From Alphaproteobacteria bacterium (GTDB lineage: Bacteria > Pseudomonadota > Alphaproteobacteria > UBA7887), in the NCBI GenBank assembly GCA_030739735.1, contig JASLYQ010000008.1, positions 29,747-93,746 on the forward strand: a stretch of 64,000 nucleotides of DNA, read 5' to 3'. Shown here one piece after another: positions 33,070-42,779 of this stretch (position 1 is the stretch's first letter; each line of letters starts with the position of its first letter). The translations under genes and the position numbers were made by a program. The notes beneath the pieces are model-generated. The model ran no database searches and was not told the DNA's origin. It was given only the letters and a program-made list of their open reading frames with translations.

Positions 33070-34232
33070 ACCCGTCCCCACATCCGTTTGCTGGCTATCG
33101 CGGCGCCTTCGCTCAGTGCAGCAAGCTTTGCCCATACCACATCCTCGGCTACGAAGGCATCACCAGCGAGCGTGCTGAAGCCGCAATCGGTGCCAGCCAA
33201 CACACGCTCACGATCGCCCACAGCCGCGACAACGCGCTCGAGCCGCTCCGCGACCCATTCGGGATGCTCGACATAGTTGGTGGTGGTGTCGATCAACCCA
33301 GGAATGACGAGCATGTCCGGCGGCAGGCCAGATGTGGACAGCACCTCGACCTCGTGCGCATGGCGCGGATTGGCGAAAGGCAGGCATATCGCACCGACAC
33401 GCGCTTCCGCCATTAGCGGCAGCACGTCGGCACAGGCGACATCGTGCACATGTGGGCTGTTGCGGTTGCCCCAGCAGGCGTGCAAACGGATTTTTTCGCG
33501 CGGGATATCGCCCGTGGCTTCGTTAATGGCGGCGATGTGGCGCGCGACGAAGCCCTGGAACTCGGCCAGGGTGTGCCCCTGGAAGAAAGTGGCGCGCTCC
33601 ATGGCGAGGTCGGGCGCATCAATCTGCAGCAAATAGCCGCGCGCGACGATGGCGTCGTATTCCTTCTTCAGTTCACAGCTAAGCGCTGTGAGATAGGCGT
33701 CGTGGCTGTCGTAATGAGCGTTGAGCATGGTGGTCGCGACGATGCCGGGCGAGGCCGCGGTCATGAAAGTCTCCGCGAACGCGCCCTCGTGCACGCCCAA
33801 CGCGCGCTCGAAGGCATTGCATTCCTGAGCCAGCTGCGCCTCGCCGTCATAGGCGATCTCTCCTTGCGCCTGGGGCGCGTCCCACAGCCTCGCCCGGCGC
33901 AGGTTGTGATCCGCCACCCATTGCCGCCAGATGGGGAAGTTTTTCATATCCAGGGTGATGGGGCGATCAGAGGCGCCACCATAGCCGTGCATGCGCCGCG
34001 CCACATAGGTCGAAAACGAGATACGCGGCATCTCGCCGTCATTGGCAACATCGATGCCTACTTTGGCTTGCGCTGTAACCACGGCGTGCGTGGCCTCGTC
34101 AACCGCAGCCTGGAAAGCGGTGGGATCAGGCCAGCCGCCCTTATCTTGCTCCAACAGCATCTCGGTCAGCACAGGCCCGCGCGGCAGACTACCCATATGC
34201 GTGACCAGGAATCTCTCATCGCTTCGCTTCAT
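33066..34232 (-). CDS. Cobalamin-independent methionine synthase II family (single-barrel MetE-like)
   Basis: THMGSLPR, DGEMPR, QIDAPDL, Zn ligands HACWGN and GTDCGF. Confidence 0.9.
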   Translation of the reverse strand: MKRSDERFLVTHMGSLPRGPVLTEMLLEQDKGGWPDPTAFQAAVDEATHAVVTAQAKVGIDVANDGEMPRISFSTYVARRMHGYGGASDRPITLDMKNFPIWRQWVADHNLRRARLWDAPQAQGEIAYDGEAQLAQECNAFERALGVHEGAFAETFMTAASPGIVATTMLNAHYDSHDAYLTALSCELKKEYDAIVARGYLLQIDAPDLAMERATFFQGHTLAEFQGFVARHIAAINEATGDIPREKIRLHACWGNRNSPHVHDVACADVLPLMAEARVGAICLPFANPRHAHEVEVLSTSGLPPDMLVIPGLIDTTTNYVEHPEWVAERLERVVAAVGDRERVLAGTDCGFSTLAGDAFVAEDVVWAKLAALSEGAAIASKRMWGRV

Positions 34233-34361
34233 CGCACGCCCCTTCCTTGTTTGCCGCTACTTTAGAACATCGTCGCGTCCCGCGTGGAGCCGGTTTCCCC
34301 GCTCGCGTTTCCCCCTATAATGCGCGCCGCGACAGAAATTATGCCCGAGGGGCCAGCCGCC

Positions 34362-35558
34362 ATGGAGATCGAATTCACCGGCGCCGAATTGGCGTTTCGC
34401 AACGAGGTCAGGGATTTCGTCAAAAATAACCTGCCCGCCGACATCCGCGAGAAAGGCGAGAACGATATTGGCCCGTCGCGCGAGGACTTCGTGCGCTGGC
34501 ATTCCATCCTCTATGACAAGGGCTGGGTGGCGCCAGCTTGGCCCAAGGAATATGGCGGCACCGGGTGGACACCGATCCAGCGTTACATCTTCGGCGAGGA
34601 ATGTGCCGCCGTCTCGGCACCGCGGGTGATGCCCTTCGGCGTCAGCATGGTAGGACCGGTGATCTACACATTCGGCAACCCGACGCAAAAGGACTACTAC
34701 CTGCCGCGCATTTTAAGCGGCGAGCATTTCTGGTGTCAGGGCTATTCCGAGCCCGGCGCTGGCTCCGACCTCGCAAGCCTGCGCACCCGCGCCGTGAGCG
34801 ACGGCGATCATTACGTGGTCAACGGCCAGAAGACTTGGACGACGACCGCGCATTGGGCTGACCACATCTTCTGCCTGGTGCGCACGGACACAGAATGCAA
34901 GCCGCAGGAGGGCATCTCGTTTCTGCTCGTCGACATGGACGACCCCGGCATCACCGTGCGCCCGATCATCACCATGGACGGCGGTCACGAAGTCAACGAC
35001 GTCTTCTTCGACGACGTGCGGGTACCTGCCGAGAACCTGATCGGCGAGGAGAACAAAGGCTGGACCTACGCCAAGTTCCTGCTCAGCCACGAGCGCGCCG
35101 GCATCGCCGATGTCGGGCGATCGAAGAACCGCCTCGCCAGGCTCAAGGCGATCGCGCGCGCCGAAAAAGTGAACGGCGCGCCGCTGATCGAGAACGTGCG
35201 CTTCCGCGACAAGATCGCGGATCTGGAGATCCGCCTAATGGCGCTTGAGTTTACTGAGCTGCGCACGCTGTCCAGCGAGGAAGCGGGCGCGCAACCGGGA
35301 CCGGAGGCAAATCTGCTCAAGATCCAGGGCACCGAAGTGCAGCAGCGCCTCACCGAACTCACCCTTGAGGCGGTTGGCACCTATGCCCAACCTTTCGTTC
35401 CGGAGGCGCTCACCAGCGGCTGGAACGAAGAGCCTGTGGGCCCTGACTATGCCGCCGCCGTGGCGCCGCGCTATTTCAACTGGCGCAAGGCCTCGATCTA
35501 TGGCGGCTCTAACGAAATTCAAAAGGGGATCATCGCCAAGATGGTTCTCGGTCTCTAG
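34362..35558 (+). CDS. Acyl-CoA dehydrogenase (PimC-like)
   Basis: WCQGYSEPGAGSDLASL, NGQKTWTT, IYGGSNEIQ. Confidence 0.93.
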   Translation: MEIEFTGAELAFRNEVRDFVKNNLPADIREKGENDIGPSREDFVRWHSILYDKGWVAPAWPKEYGGTGWTPIQRYIFGEECAAVSAPRVMPFGVSMVGPVIYTFGNPTQKDYYLPRILSGEHFWCQGYSEPGAGSDLASLRTRAVSDGDHYVVNGQKTWTTTAHWADHIFCLVRTDTECKPQEGISFLLVDMDDPGITVRPIITMDGGHEVNDVFFDDVRVPAENLIGEENKGWTYAKFLLSHERAGIADVGRSKNRLARLKAIARAEKVNGAPLIENVRFRDKIADLEIRLMALEFTELRTLSSEEAGAQPGPEANLLKIQGTEVQQRLTELTLEAVGTYAQPFVPEALTSGWNEEPVGPDYAAAVAPRYFNWRKASIYGGSNEIQKGIIAKMVLGL

Positions 35559-35567
35559 GAACGTGTC

Positions 35568-36665
35568 ATGGACCTGAGACTGAGCGACGACCAGCAACTC
35601 CTCAAGGACACGCTGGAGCGCTTCACGCGCAACGAGTACAACTTCGACACTCGTCGAAAGCTGACCGATTCCGAGGACGGCTTCAGCCGCGATATCTGGC
35701 AGAGTTATGCTAGCCTGGGCTTACTCGGCATCCCCTTCGCGGAAGAGGACGGCGGCATCAGCGGCGGGCCGATCGAAGTGATGATCGTGATGGAGCAGCT
35801 AGGCCGCGCGCTGGCTCTCGAGCCCTATCTGCCCACCGTGGTCCTAGCTGGACGCGCCATTGTCGAGGCCGGCTCGGCGGCGCAGAAGGAACAGTTGCTC
35901 GGCGAGATCATCGCCGGCGAGGCTCTGTGGGCTTTCGCCCATGCCGAGCCGGGCGCACGCTACGACCTCGCCCATGTTGAGACCCGCGCTGAGGGTGGTC
36001 GTCTCAGCGGTCACAAGGCCGTGGTGCACGGCGCCGTGACAGCCGATAAGCTCGTCGTCTCGGCCCGCAGCGAAGCGGGTATCTCGCTCTACGTCGTGGT
36101 GGCCGAAGCCGACGGCCTTACTTTGCGCCCCTATCGCACCATCGACGGGCTGCGCGCCGCGGAAGTGATGCTGGATAACGTTGCAGGTGAGTTGTTGGGC
36201 GAAGATGGTAGCGCCCTACCCGTCATCGAATCCGTGATCGACCGCGCCACCGCAGCCGTCTGTGCCGAGGCCGTTGGTGCCATGGATGTGCTGCGCGAAA
36301 CTACTCTCGAATACTTGCAGATGCGCAAGCAGTTCGGCGTGCCGATCGGCACGTTTCAGGTCCTGCAGCACCGCTCGGTCGAAATGATGGGAAACTGCGA
36401 AGAAGCGCGCTCGCTGACCCTGATGGCAACGCTCTCGCTCGACCAGGATGTGCAAGCACGCGCACGCGCCGTCTCCGCCGCCAAGGTCGGCATCGGCACG
36501 CGCGGCCGCCATGTCGGCCAGGAGGCAATCCAGATGCATGGCGGCATGGGCATGACAGACGAGCTCAAGGTCGGCCACTATTTCAAGCGCGTGAGCATGA
36601 TCGACGCCATGTTTGGCAACACCGACCACCATCTCGACCGCTTCGCGGCGGCGTCCCTGAGCTAG
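35568..36665 (+). CDS. Acyl-CoA dehydrogenase (PimD-like partner subunit)
   Basis: RKQFGVPIGTFQVLQHR, AIQMHGGMGMTDE. Confidence 0.93.
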   Translation: MDLRLSDDQQLLKDTLERFTRNEYNFDTRRKLTDSEDGFSRDIWQSYASLGLLGIPFAEEDGGISGGPIEVMIVMEQLGRALALEPYLPTVVLAGRAIVEAGSAAQKEQLLGEIIAGEALWAFAHAEPGARYDLAHVETRAEGGRLSGHKAVVHGAVTADKLVVSARSEAGISLYVVVAEADGLTLRPYRTIDGLRAAEVMLDNVAGELLGEDGSALPVIESVIDRATAAVCAEAVGAMDVLRETTLEYLQMRKQFGVPIGTFQVLQHRSVEMMGNCEEARSLTLMATLSLDQDVQARARAVSAAKVGIGTRGRHVGQEAIQMHGGMGMTDELKVGHYFKRVSMIDAMFGNTDHHLDRFAAASLS

Positions 36666-36679
36666 ACAAGGGAAAAGGC

Positions 36680-37465
36680 ATGATAAACAGCAGCAAACTA
36701 TTCGATCTCTCTGGCCAGGTTGCCGTCATCACCGGCTCAACCCGCGGCATCGGCAAGGCGATCGCCGAAGCCATGGCCAGTGCCGGTGCTAAGGTGGTCA
36801 TCTCCAGTCGCAAGATAGATGCCTGTGACGCGGTGGCGGCAGAGGTCAACAAGGATGGCGGTGAGGCCATCGCTATTCCCTGCAACATCTCCTATAAGGA
36901 CCAATTACAGGCGCTAGTTGACGGCACCATAGAGAAATGGGGCAAGATCGACAGCCTCGTCTGCAATGCCGCTGTCAATCCCTATTACGGACCTATCAGC
37001 GGTATCAGTGACGAGGCTTACGACAAGATCATGAATTCCAATGTGCGCAGCAATGTTTGGCTATGCAACATGGTAATTCCACAAATGGCAGAGCGCGCTG
37101 GCGGCACCGTCATCATCGTTTCTTCTGTGGCAGCCTTCATAGGCTCCGCCGTTCTCGGCGCCTATGGTCTTTCGAAGGCCGCCGATGCCTCGCTGGCGCG
37201 CAACCTAGCGGTCGAGTGGGGGCCGCAGAATATTCGCACCAACTGCCTAAACCCGGCGATCATTCGCACCGATTTTGCTCGCGCGCTGTGGGAGAATCCC
37301 AAGACCTATGCCCGGGCCACCTCGAACTATCCCCTCAAGCGCATCGGCGAGCCCGAGGAAGTAGCCGGCGCCGCGGTATTCTTGGCCTCGAAGGCAGGCA
37401 GCTTCGTTACCGGCCAGACCATCATCATCGACGGCGGGGCGACGATCTCTGCTGGCGACGTCTGA
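36680..37465 (+). CDS. Short-chain dehydrogenase/reductase (DHRS4-like)
   Basis: TGSTRGIG, NAA.NP, YGLSK. Confidence 0.93.
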   Translation: MINSSKLFDLSGQVAVITGSTRGIGKAIAEAMASAGAKVVISSRKIDACDAVAAEVNKDGGEAIAIPCNISYKDQLQALVDGTIEKWGKIDSLVCNAAVNPYYGPISGISDEAYDKIMNSNVRSNVWLCNMVIPQMAERAGGTVIIVSSVAAFIGSAVLGAYGLSKAADASLARNLAVEWGPQNIRTNCLNPAIIRTDFARALWENPKTYARATSNYPLKRIGEPEEVAGAAVFLASKAGSFVTGQTIIIDGGATISAGDV

Positions 37466-37468
37466 GAG

Positions 37469-38230
37469 ATGGCAGAACCCGTCAAGGTCTACTGGCAACC
37501 GGGCTGCACCAGCTGCCTGCGGGTGAAGGAATTTCTTGACGCGAACGGCATTGATTTCATCTCTGTGAACGTCGCCGCTGAAGAGGCCGGCTGGGACGAG
37601 TTGGCGCGGCTCGGCCTGCGCAGCGTACCGGTGGTGGCGCAAGGTGAACACTACGTCTTCGCTCAAGTTCTCGGTACGGTCAGCGAATTCCTCGGCCTCG
37701 GTGCGGCAGACGGACCCAGGCTCGCACCGGCGGCGCTGGTAACGCGTCTCAGCCTGATCCTGGAGACTGCCTGCCGGCTTGCAGGTCAAGTGCCGGAGAA
37801 CAGACGCGACGACGGCCTGCCCGGGCGCGACCGCAGCCTACACGGTCTCGCCTACCACATCTTTCAGATCCCCGAGGTCTTTCTCGCCTGCCAGACCGGT
37901 ACCACGCTGACTTATGAGGCGCTCGACGCATCGGCGCCGAAGCACCTGGCATCGATAGCCGATATCGCAGTTTATGGTGCAGACATCGGAGCACGTCTCG
38001 CGGCATGGTGGGAGGGCGAGGCAGACTGCGATGCAGCGCGAACGCTCGCCACCTATTTTGGCGAGCATAGCTTGCACGTGGTGCTGGAACGCACCACCTG
38101 GCATTCGGCCCAACATACGCGCCAGCTTGCGATGATGCTGGAAAGCCTCGGCATCGCCCCGAACCGCCCACTCGATGCCGCCGCCCTCGTCGGCCTGCCT
38201 TTACCCGCAAAAGTCTGGGAGGCGGCTTGA
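37469..38230 (+). CDS. Glutaredoxin (CTSC) - DinB-superfamily fusion protein
   Basis: N-terminal YWQPGCTSCLRVKEFL...SVPVV Grx fold; C-terminal SLHGLAYHIF...WHSAQHTRQ DinB His pattern. Confidence 0.82.
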   Translation: MAEPVKVYWQPGCTSCLRVKEFLDANGIDFISVNVAAEEAGWDELARLGLRSVPVVAQGEHYVFAQVLGTVSEFLGLGAADGPRLAPAALVTRLSLILETACRLAGQVPENRRDDGLPGRDRSLHGLAYHIFQIPEVFLACQTGTTLTYEALDASAPKHLASIADIAVYGADIGARLAAWWEGEADCDAARTLATYFGEHSLHVVLERTTWHSAQHTRQLAMMLESLGIAPNRPLDAAALVGLPLPAKVWEAA

Positions 38231-38389
38231 GCAACCGCCTGTTCGGCGAGTCGTTTCTTCGAGACGTTGAGCGAGAGACCTTCATTTATCGCGAGCAGAT
38301 CATTTGGGGTCAACTCCATCTCCAGCAGTGGTGTGAGAGCTGCCAGCAGTTTCTCGATACTCCTGCCTGCGCCAAGTGAGCGCCGCGCG

Positions 38390-38584
38390 CTAGCCCGTCA
38401 TTTCCGCTTTGAGAGTGGCTAGCGCGACCGCGAATGCGGCGCGCGCTGTCTCGAGCTGGATGGCGGCCGCATCTGGCGTGGTGGCGAGGATGGCGTCGAT
38501 GGCCTCACGCACCGGCTGCGGCGCCTCGCCGCCACACAAAGCCTGCTCGCTGAGAGCGCGCGCCCAGTCCTGCACGTCACTCAT
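38390..38584 (-). CDS. Short helical hypothetical ORF (64 aa), possibly the 5' part of a split gene
   Basis: ATG overlaps the stop of the TetR-like remnant; a protein-like frame (SIEKLLAALTPLLEMELTPNDLLAINEGL) continues downstream in another phase. Confidence 0.45.
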   Translation of the reverse strand: MSDVQDWARALSEQALCGGEAPQPVREAIDAILATTPDAAAIQLETARAAFAVALATLKAEMTG

Positions 38585-38886
38585 GCGGCCTTTTCCTTGG
38601 GTACCAGGCAACAGCGTTGCATCAGCCTCTCGGCGCCGGCCAGACACTCGCGCGCCGACTGCGCGAGGTCAGCAAGATCGGTGCCTTTGGCAACCTCGAC
38701 AACGATATGCCGGGCAAATCCTGATAGGGTCTCGGTCTTGCTCCCGGCCGTGCCAAGCACTTGCGCCAATGTCAGGTCGCCCCCGCCGGCGATATTGGCG
38801 AGCGTGACATCGCGCCACTTCCGCCTCGCCACCAGCGCTAGGGCCGCTTCCGCCACCCGTCCGGAGATATTGATCTTACAGGCCAT
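38581..38886 (-). pseudogene. Internally deleted TetR-like regulator
   Basis: AALALVARRKWRDVTLANIA...GSKTETLSGFARHI HTH runs straight into a C-terminal-like LAGAERL; only 101 aa. Confidence 0.65.
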
Positions 38887-38956
38887 AACAACCTTTCCTG
38901 TCCTTTGAGGCGAATAGGATATTGACTTGGTGCCGACGCCTGCAATGCTTGTTTTT

Positions 38957-39242
38957 ATGAGTAAGAGATTTGCCCGCGATGCCGCCGGCGCTTTGATTCG
39001 TACCGCGCGCCGCCATCCCATGCTATCGCGAGAGGAAGGGCACGTGCTGGCCAGACGTGCCGCGCGCGGCGATCGGGAAGCGACACAGCGACTCGTCGCC
39101 AGCCATCTCAGGCTGGCGATCAAAATCGCCGAGCGCTATCGCGCACCGGGCTTGGCCCGTGGCGACCTGATCCAGGAGGGCTGCATCGGCCAAACTCAAG
39201 ATACTGGTGAGAGTCGATGCCGAATCGGGAGCGGCCGCATGA
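38957..39242 (+). pseudogene. Internally deleted sigma-32 (RpoH)-like sigma factor
   Basis: MLSREE..LARR..RGDREATQRLVASHLRLAIKIAERY..GLARGDLIQEGCIG (regions 1.2-2.2) breaks at about 39190; another frame gives AKLKILVRVDAESGAAA* resembling the extreme C-terminus. Confidence 0.75.
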
Positions 39243-39330
39243 GGGGGCTTTCCGGTCGCTTTGCCGAGGCACTGACCTATGTCAGAGAGCTGCAGCCCAC
39301 GGTCAACGCCTTTGCCGCGGAGATGAAAAC

Positions 39331-40161
39331 ATGCGCTCACTCGTAATCCTTGCCGTACCGCTCATAATCGCCTTGGGGACAGCGCAAGCGGGTGAAAGCC
39401 TGCAATCCATTCTCGACTCGCGTCCGGCCGAGGACATGGCGCGGGATCAATACCGCCACCCGGCTGAGACCTTGGCTTTTTTTGGGCTGGAGCCGGGCAT
39501 GAGAGTGGTCGAGACACTGCCCGGCCGGCGCGCCTGGTATACACGCATCCTGGTGCCCTATCTCGGGCAGAACGGCGTGCTCTACGGCGCCAACTACACC
39601 CACGCGCTTTTCCAGCGCATCTTCGGCGACCGCTGGGAAGACCTGCGTGAAAAAATGGAGGCTTGGCCCGAGACTTTCCCGGCCCAGTCCGCAGGCTATG
39701 CCGAGGCGCCGCCCACAATCGGCACGCTCACCGTCACAGAGGCACCGGAGACGCTCTACGGCACGTTTGACCACGTGCTCTTCATCCGCTCGCTACACCA
39801 CCTCAACCGCTACGATCCAGCAACCCTCGATCGCGCAGCGGCAGAAGCGCGGGACCTGCTCAAGCCGGACGGTGTGGTCGGCATTGTGCAGCATCGAGCG
39901 CCGGAAAGCGCGTCGGATGAATGGGCGAACGGCGATAATGGCTACCTCAAGACCTCGCGTGTCGTCGCAGCTTTCGAAGCCGCCGGACTGATCCTGGAGG
40001 AGAGTTCGGAGCTGAATACCAACCCGCTCGATCGGCCAACCGAGGAAGATCGCGTCTGGCGTCTGCCACCAAGCAACGGCAAAGGCCGCGAAAGCCGCGA
40101 GACCTACCTGGCAATAGGCGAATCCGACCGCATGACGCTGCGCTTCCGCAAGCCCGAATAG
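39331..40161 (+). CDS. Exported class I methyltransferase-fold protein (COG4798-like)
   Basis: ATG 39331 after GGAGA; signal peptide; RDQYRHPAETLAFFGL.PGM.VVE, IGESDRMTLRFRKP. Confidence 0.85.
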   Translation: MRSLVILAVPLIIALGTAQAGESLQSILDSRPAEDMARDQYRHPAETLAFFGLEPGMRVVETLPGRRAWYTRILVPYLGQNGVLYGANYTHALFQRIFGDRWEDLREKMEAWPETFPAQSAGYAEAPPTIGTLTVTEAPETLYGTFDHVLFIRSLHHLNRYDPATLDRAAAEARDLLKPDGVVGIVQHRAPESASDEWANGDNGYLKTSRVVAAFEAAGLILEESSELNTNPLDRPTEEDRVWRLPPSNGKGRESRETYLAIGESDRMTLRFRKPE

Positions 40162-40165
40162 CGCC

Positions 40166-41761
40166 TCAAGCGCTCAACGCAAAGCCTACATAGCCCTTGG
40201 CGACGATCTCATCGCATTTCTGCACGTATGTGGGAAAGCCGCCGATATAGGGCATGAAGACGCGCGGCTTGCCGGGGATGTTGGCACCTAGGTACCAGGA
40301 GCCGCAAGAGGCGCGCAGATGATGGCTGGCGACATCGGCTACATGGGCAATCCAGGCATCCTCAGCATCCTCTGTCGCCTCGATACGGGAAAAACCGTTC
40401 TCACGCAAATGCGCGATGCAATCGGCAATCCACACCACATGCTGCTCTATCGACGGGATCATGTTGGTGAAGACGGACGGGCTGCCCGGCCCCGTGATGG
40501 TGAAAAGGTTGGGAAAACCCGCCAACGTCAGGCCGAGATAGGCGCGGGGTCCCTCGGCCCATTTGTCGCGCAAGCTGCAGCCACCACTTCCGCGAATATC
40601 GATTTTTAGCAAGGCGCCAGTCATCGCATCGAAGCCGGTTGCAAAGACGATGGCATCAAGCGCGTAGATCTTAGTGCCAACCACCATACCATCGGTGTAG
40701 ATGCGCTCAATAGGCGTCTCACGAACATTCACCAGCGTGACATTGTCCCGATTGAAAGTGGCGTGGAACCCGGTATCAACACAAAGCCGTCGGCAGCCAA
40801 TAACGCCGTGCGGCATCAACAATTCCGCCACGTCAGGATCATGCAGCGTCTCGCGCACCTTTTCGCGCACGAACGAAGCCGCTGTCTCGTTGGCCTCGGC
40901 ATCAAACATCAAATCGTTGAAGGCACCGAGGAAACCGACACCGCCGGTGCGCCAGCGTTTCTCGTATTCCTGCTGCCGATCCTCAGCACTGGTCACCATG
41001 GCAGAGGTGTTGTTTAGCGGGAACAGCACGCCGCTCGGTAGGCTTCGTGCACACTCCCGAATTTCGCCGTATCTGGCTTTGACTTCGCGCTGGGCTTCGG
41101 GAGCCAGCGGCGCATTATGTGCCGGGACCGTATAGTGCGCGGACCGTTGAAAGACGAACAAATGCTCGGCTTCCTCGGCAATGATCGGAATTGCCTGAAT
41201 CCCTGACGAGCCAGTGCCGATCACACCGACCTGCTGGCCTGAAAAATCTACCTCTTCGTGCGGCCACAAACCAGTGTGGTAGGTATTCCCAACAAAGCTG
41301 TCTACGCCCTCGATATCGGGAATGCTGGGCACCGACAGGCAGCCCGTCGCCATGATGCAGAAGCGCGCCGAAAGCGTCTCGCCCATATCAGTCTCGAGGC
41401 GCCAAATCGTCGCCGCCTCGTCGAACGTCGCCGCCACGACCCGCGTCTTGAAGGTGATATCCAGGCACAGGTCGAAGCGGACGGCCACGTACTGTGCATA
41501 GCGCAAAATTTCGGGCTGGGTGGCATAACGCTCCGTCCAGTCCCATTCTTGCTGCAATTCGTCCGAGAACTGATAGGAGTACTGCATGCTCTCGACGTCA
41601 CAGCGGGCGCCGGGATAACGGTTCCAATACCAAGTACCACCGACGTCGCTCGCGGCCTCGATCACGCGCACGCGCAAGCCCTGGCTGCGCAGGCGATGCA
41701 GCATGTAAAGACCGGCAAAGCCGGCGCCGACGACGATGGCATCGAAATCAGGCTGGGTCAT
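40166..41761 (-). CDS. Baeyer-Villiger monooxygenase (cyclohexanone monooxygenase family)
   Basis: GAGFAG, GGTWYWNRYPGARCD, fingerprint FVGNTYHTGLWP, GTGSSG, FATGFDAMTG. Confidence 0.95.
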   Translation of the reverse strand: MTQPDFDAIVVGAGFAGLYMLHRLRSQGLRVRVIEAASDVGGTWYWNRYPGARCDVESMQYSYQFSDELQQEWDWTERYATQPEILRYAQYVAVRFDLCLDITFKTRVVAATFDEAATIWRLETDMGETLSARFCIMATGCLSVPSIPDIEGVDSFVGNTYHTGLWPHEEVDFSGQQVGVIGTGSSGIQAIPIIAEEAEHLFVFQRSAHYTVPAHNAPLAPEAQREVKARYGEIRECARSLPSGVLFPLNNTSAMVTSAEDRQQEYEKRWRTGGVGFLGAFNDLMFDAEANETAASFVREKVRETLHDPDVAELLMPHGVIGCRRLCVDTGFHATFNRDNVTLVNVRETPIERIYTDGMVVGTKIYALDAIVFATGFDAMTGALLKIDIRGSGGCSLRDKWAEGPRAYLGLTLAGFPNLFTITGPGSPSVFTNMIPSIEQHVVWIADCIAHLRENGFSRIEATEDAEDAWIAHVADVASHHLRASCGSWYLGANIPGKPRVFMPYIGGFPTYVQKCDEIVAKGYVGFALSA

Positions 41762-41791
41762 TGAGCTTCCCTCGCTAACTCACGCGCGGCC

Positions 41792-42310
41792 CTAGCGCGA
41801 AATCTGGCAGGCGCAAAGCCGCTGAACGCAAGCTGGCTGGGGGCCACTAACTTCTAGGTCTTCATAGGCAAACACGCGCAAGCCACCCATCGTAGCGATC
41901 TCCAGAAGCTCACCATGGCGCAACAGAAAATCCGGATTGCTCGGACGTCCATGGCGTTCGTTGCCTTCCGCGAAAGTCTCGTAGATCAGCACGCCGCCGG
42001 GCGCCAGCGCAGCGATGATCTCGGGGAATAACGGCCTATGCAGATAATTAGTCACGACAACACCGGCAAACGCCGCCCCGGCGAAAGGCCAGGGATCAGC
42101 CTCAAGGTCAGCCGTAACGGCCGTTGCCGGGGCCATCAGGCGCGAGATATCCCGGTCGACAGCGGTGACCGGATGACCGCGTTCAAGGAACACGTCCGCG
42201 TGCCGGCCGCTGCCGCAAGCGAGGTCCAAGACCGGCCCGCCGGGCACAATCAAAGACGCGAATCGGACCACCCAGAACGATGGCGCGGCTTGTTCTTTGG
42301 GCATAGGCAT
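41792..42310 (-). CDS. Small class I SAM-dependent methyltransferase
   Basis: VLDLACGSGRH, VVTNYLHRPLF, GRPSNPDFLL. Confidence 0.88.
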   Translation of the reverse strand: MPMPKEQAAPSFWVVRFASLIVPGGPVLDLACGSGRHADVFLERGHPVTAVDRDISRLMAPATAVTADLEADPWPFAGAAFAGVVVTNYLHRPLFPEIIAALAPGGVLIYETFAEGNERHGRPSNPDFLLRHGELLEIATMGGLRVFAYEDLEVSGPQPACVQRLCACQISR

Positions 42311-42362
42311 GTCATCTAACGCTAGGAAAGCCGTGATTGCGGCATGGAGCTATGGGCGAAGC

Positions 42363-42779
42363 ATGATCGTCTATGACGTAAAATGCGCCAAGTCGCACGT
42401 TTTTGAGGGCTGGTTCCGCGACAGCACCGCATTCGACGAGCAGGCGGCGGCGGGCGAAGTCGTCTGCCCGGTCTGCGGCGAAAGCGAGGTCAGCAAGGCA
42501 CCCATGGCGCCCGCTATCGGCCGCGCCCGGGAGGGTGAGTGCGCTACGCCCTACACGCAGCCCGAGGTCATGTCGAAGCTGCGCGAGATCCGCGATGCGG
42601 TTGAGAAGAACAGCGAGCATGTCGGCTCGGCCTTTCCTGAGGAAGCGCGCAAGATTCATTACGGCGAGACCGAAGCACGCAATATCCACGGCAATGCCAC
42701 GCTCGACGAGGCCAAAGCGCTTAAGGAAGAAGGCGTTTCCGTGGCAATGATCCCGTGGCTGCCGCGGCAGGATAGCTGA
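42363..42779 (+). CDS. DUF1178 family zinc-ribbon protein
   Basis: MIVYDVKC..SHVFEGWF, CPVCG, VGSAFPEEARKIHYGE. Confidence 0.92.
   Translation: MIVYDVKCAKSHVFEGWFRDSTAFDEQAAAGEVVCPVCGESEVSKAPMAPAIGRAREGECATPYTQPEVMSKLREIRDAVEKNSEHVGSAFPEEARKIHYGETEARNIHGNATLDEAKALKEEGVSVAMIPWLPRQDS

Noticed and set aside
34233-34361. Cobalamin or SAM riboswitch upstream of the MetE-like gene
   Set aside because: The spacer is about 130 nt, shared with a divergent gene, and shows no recognisable aptamer core.
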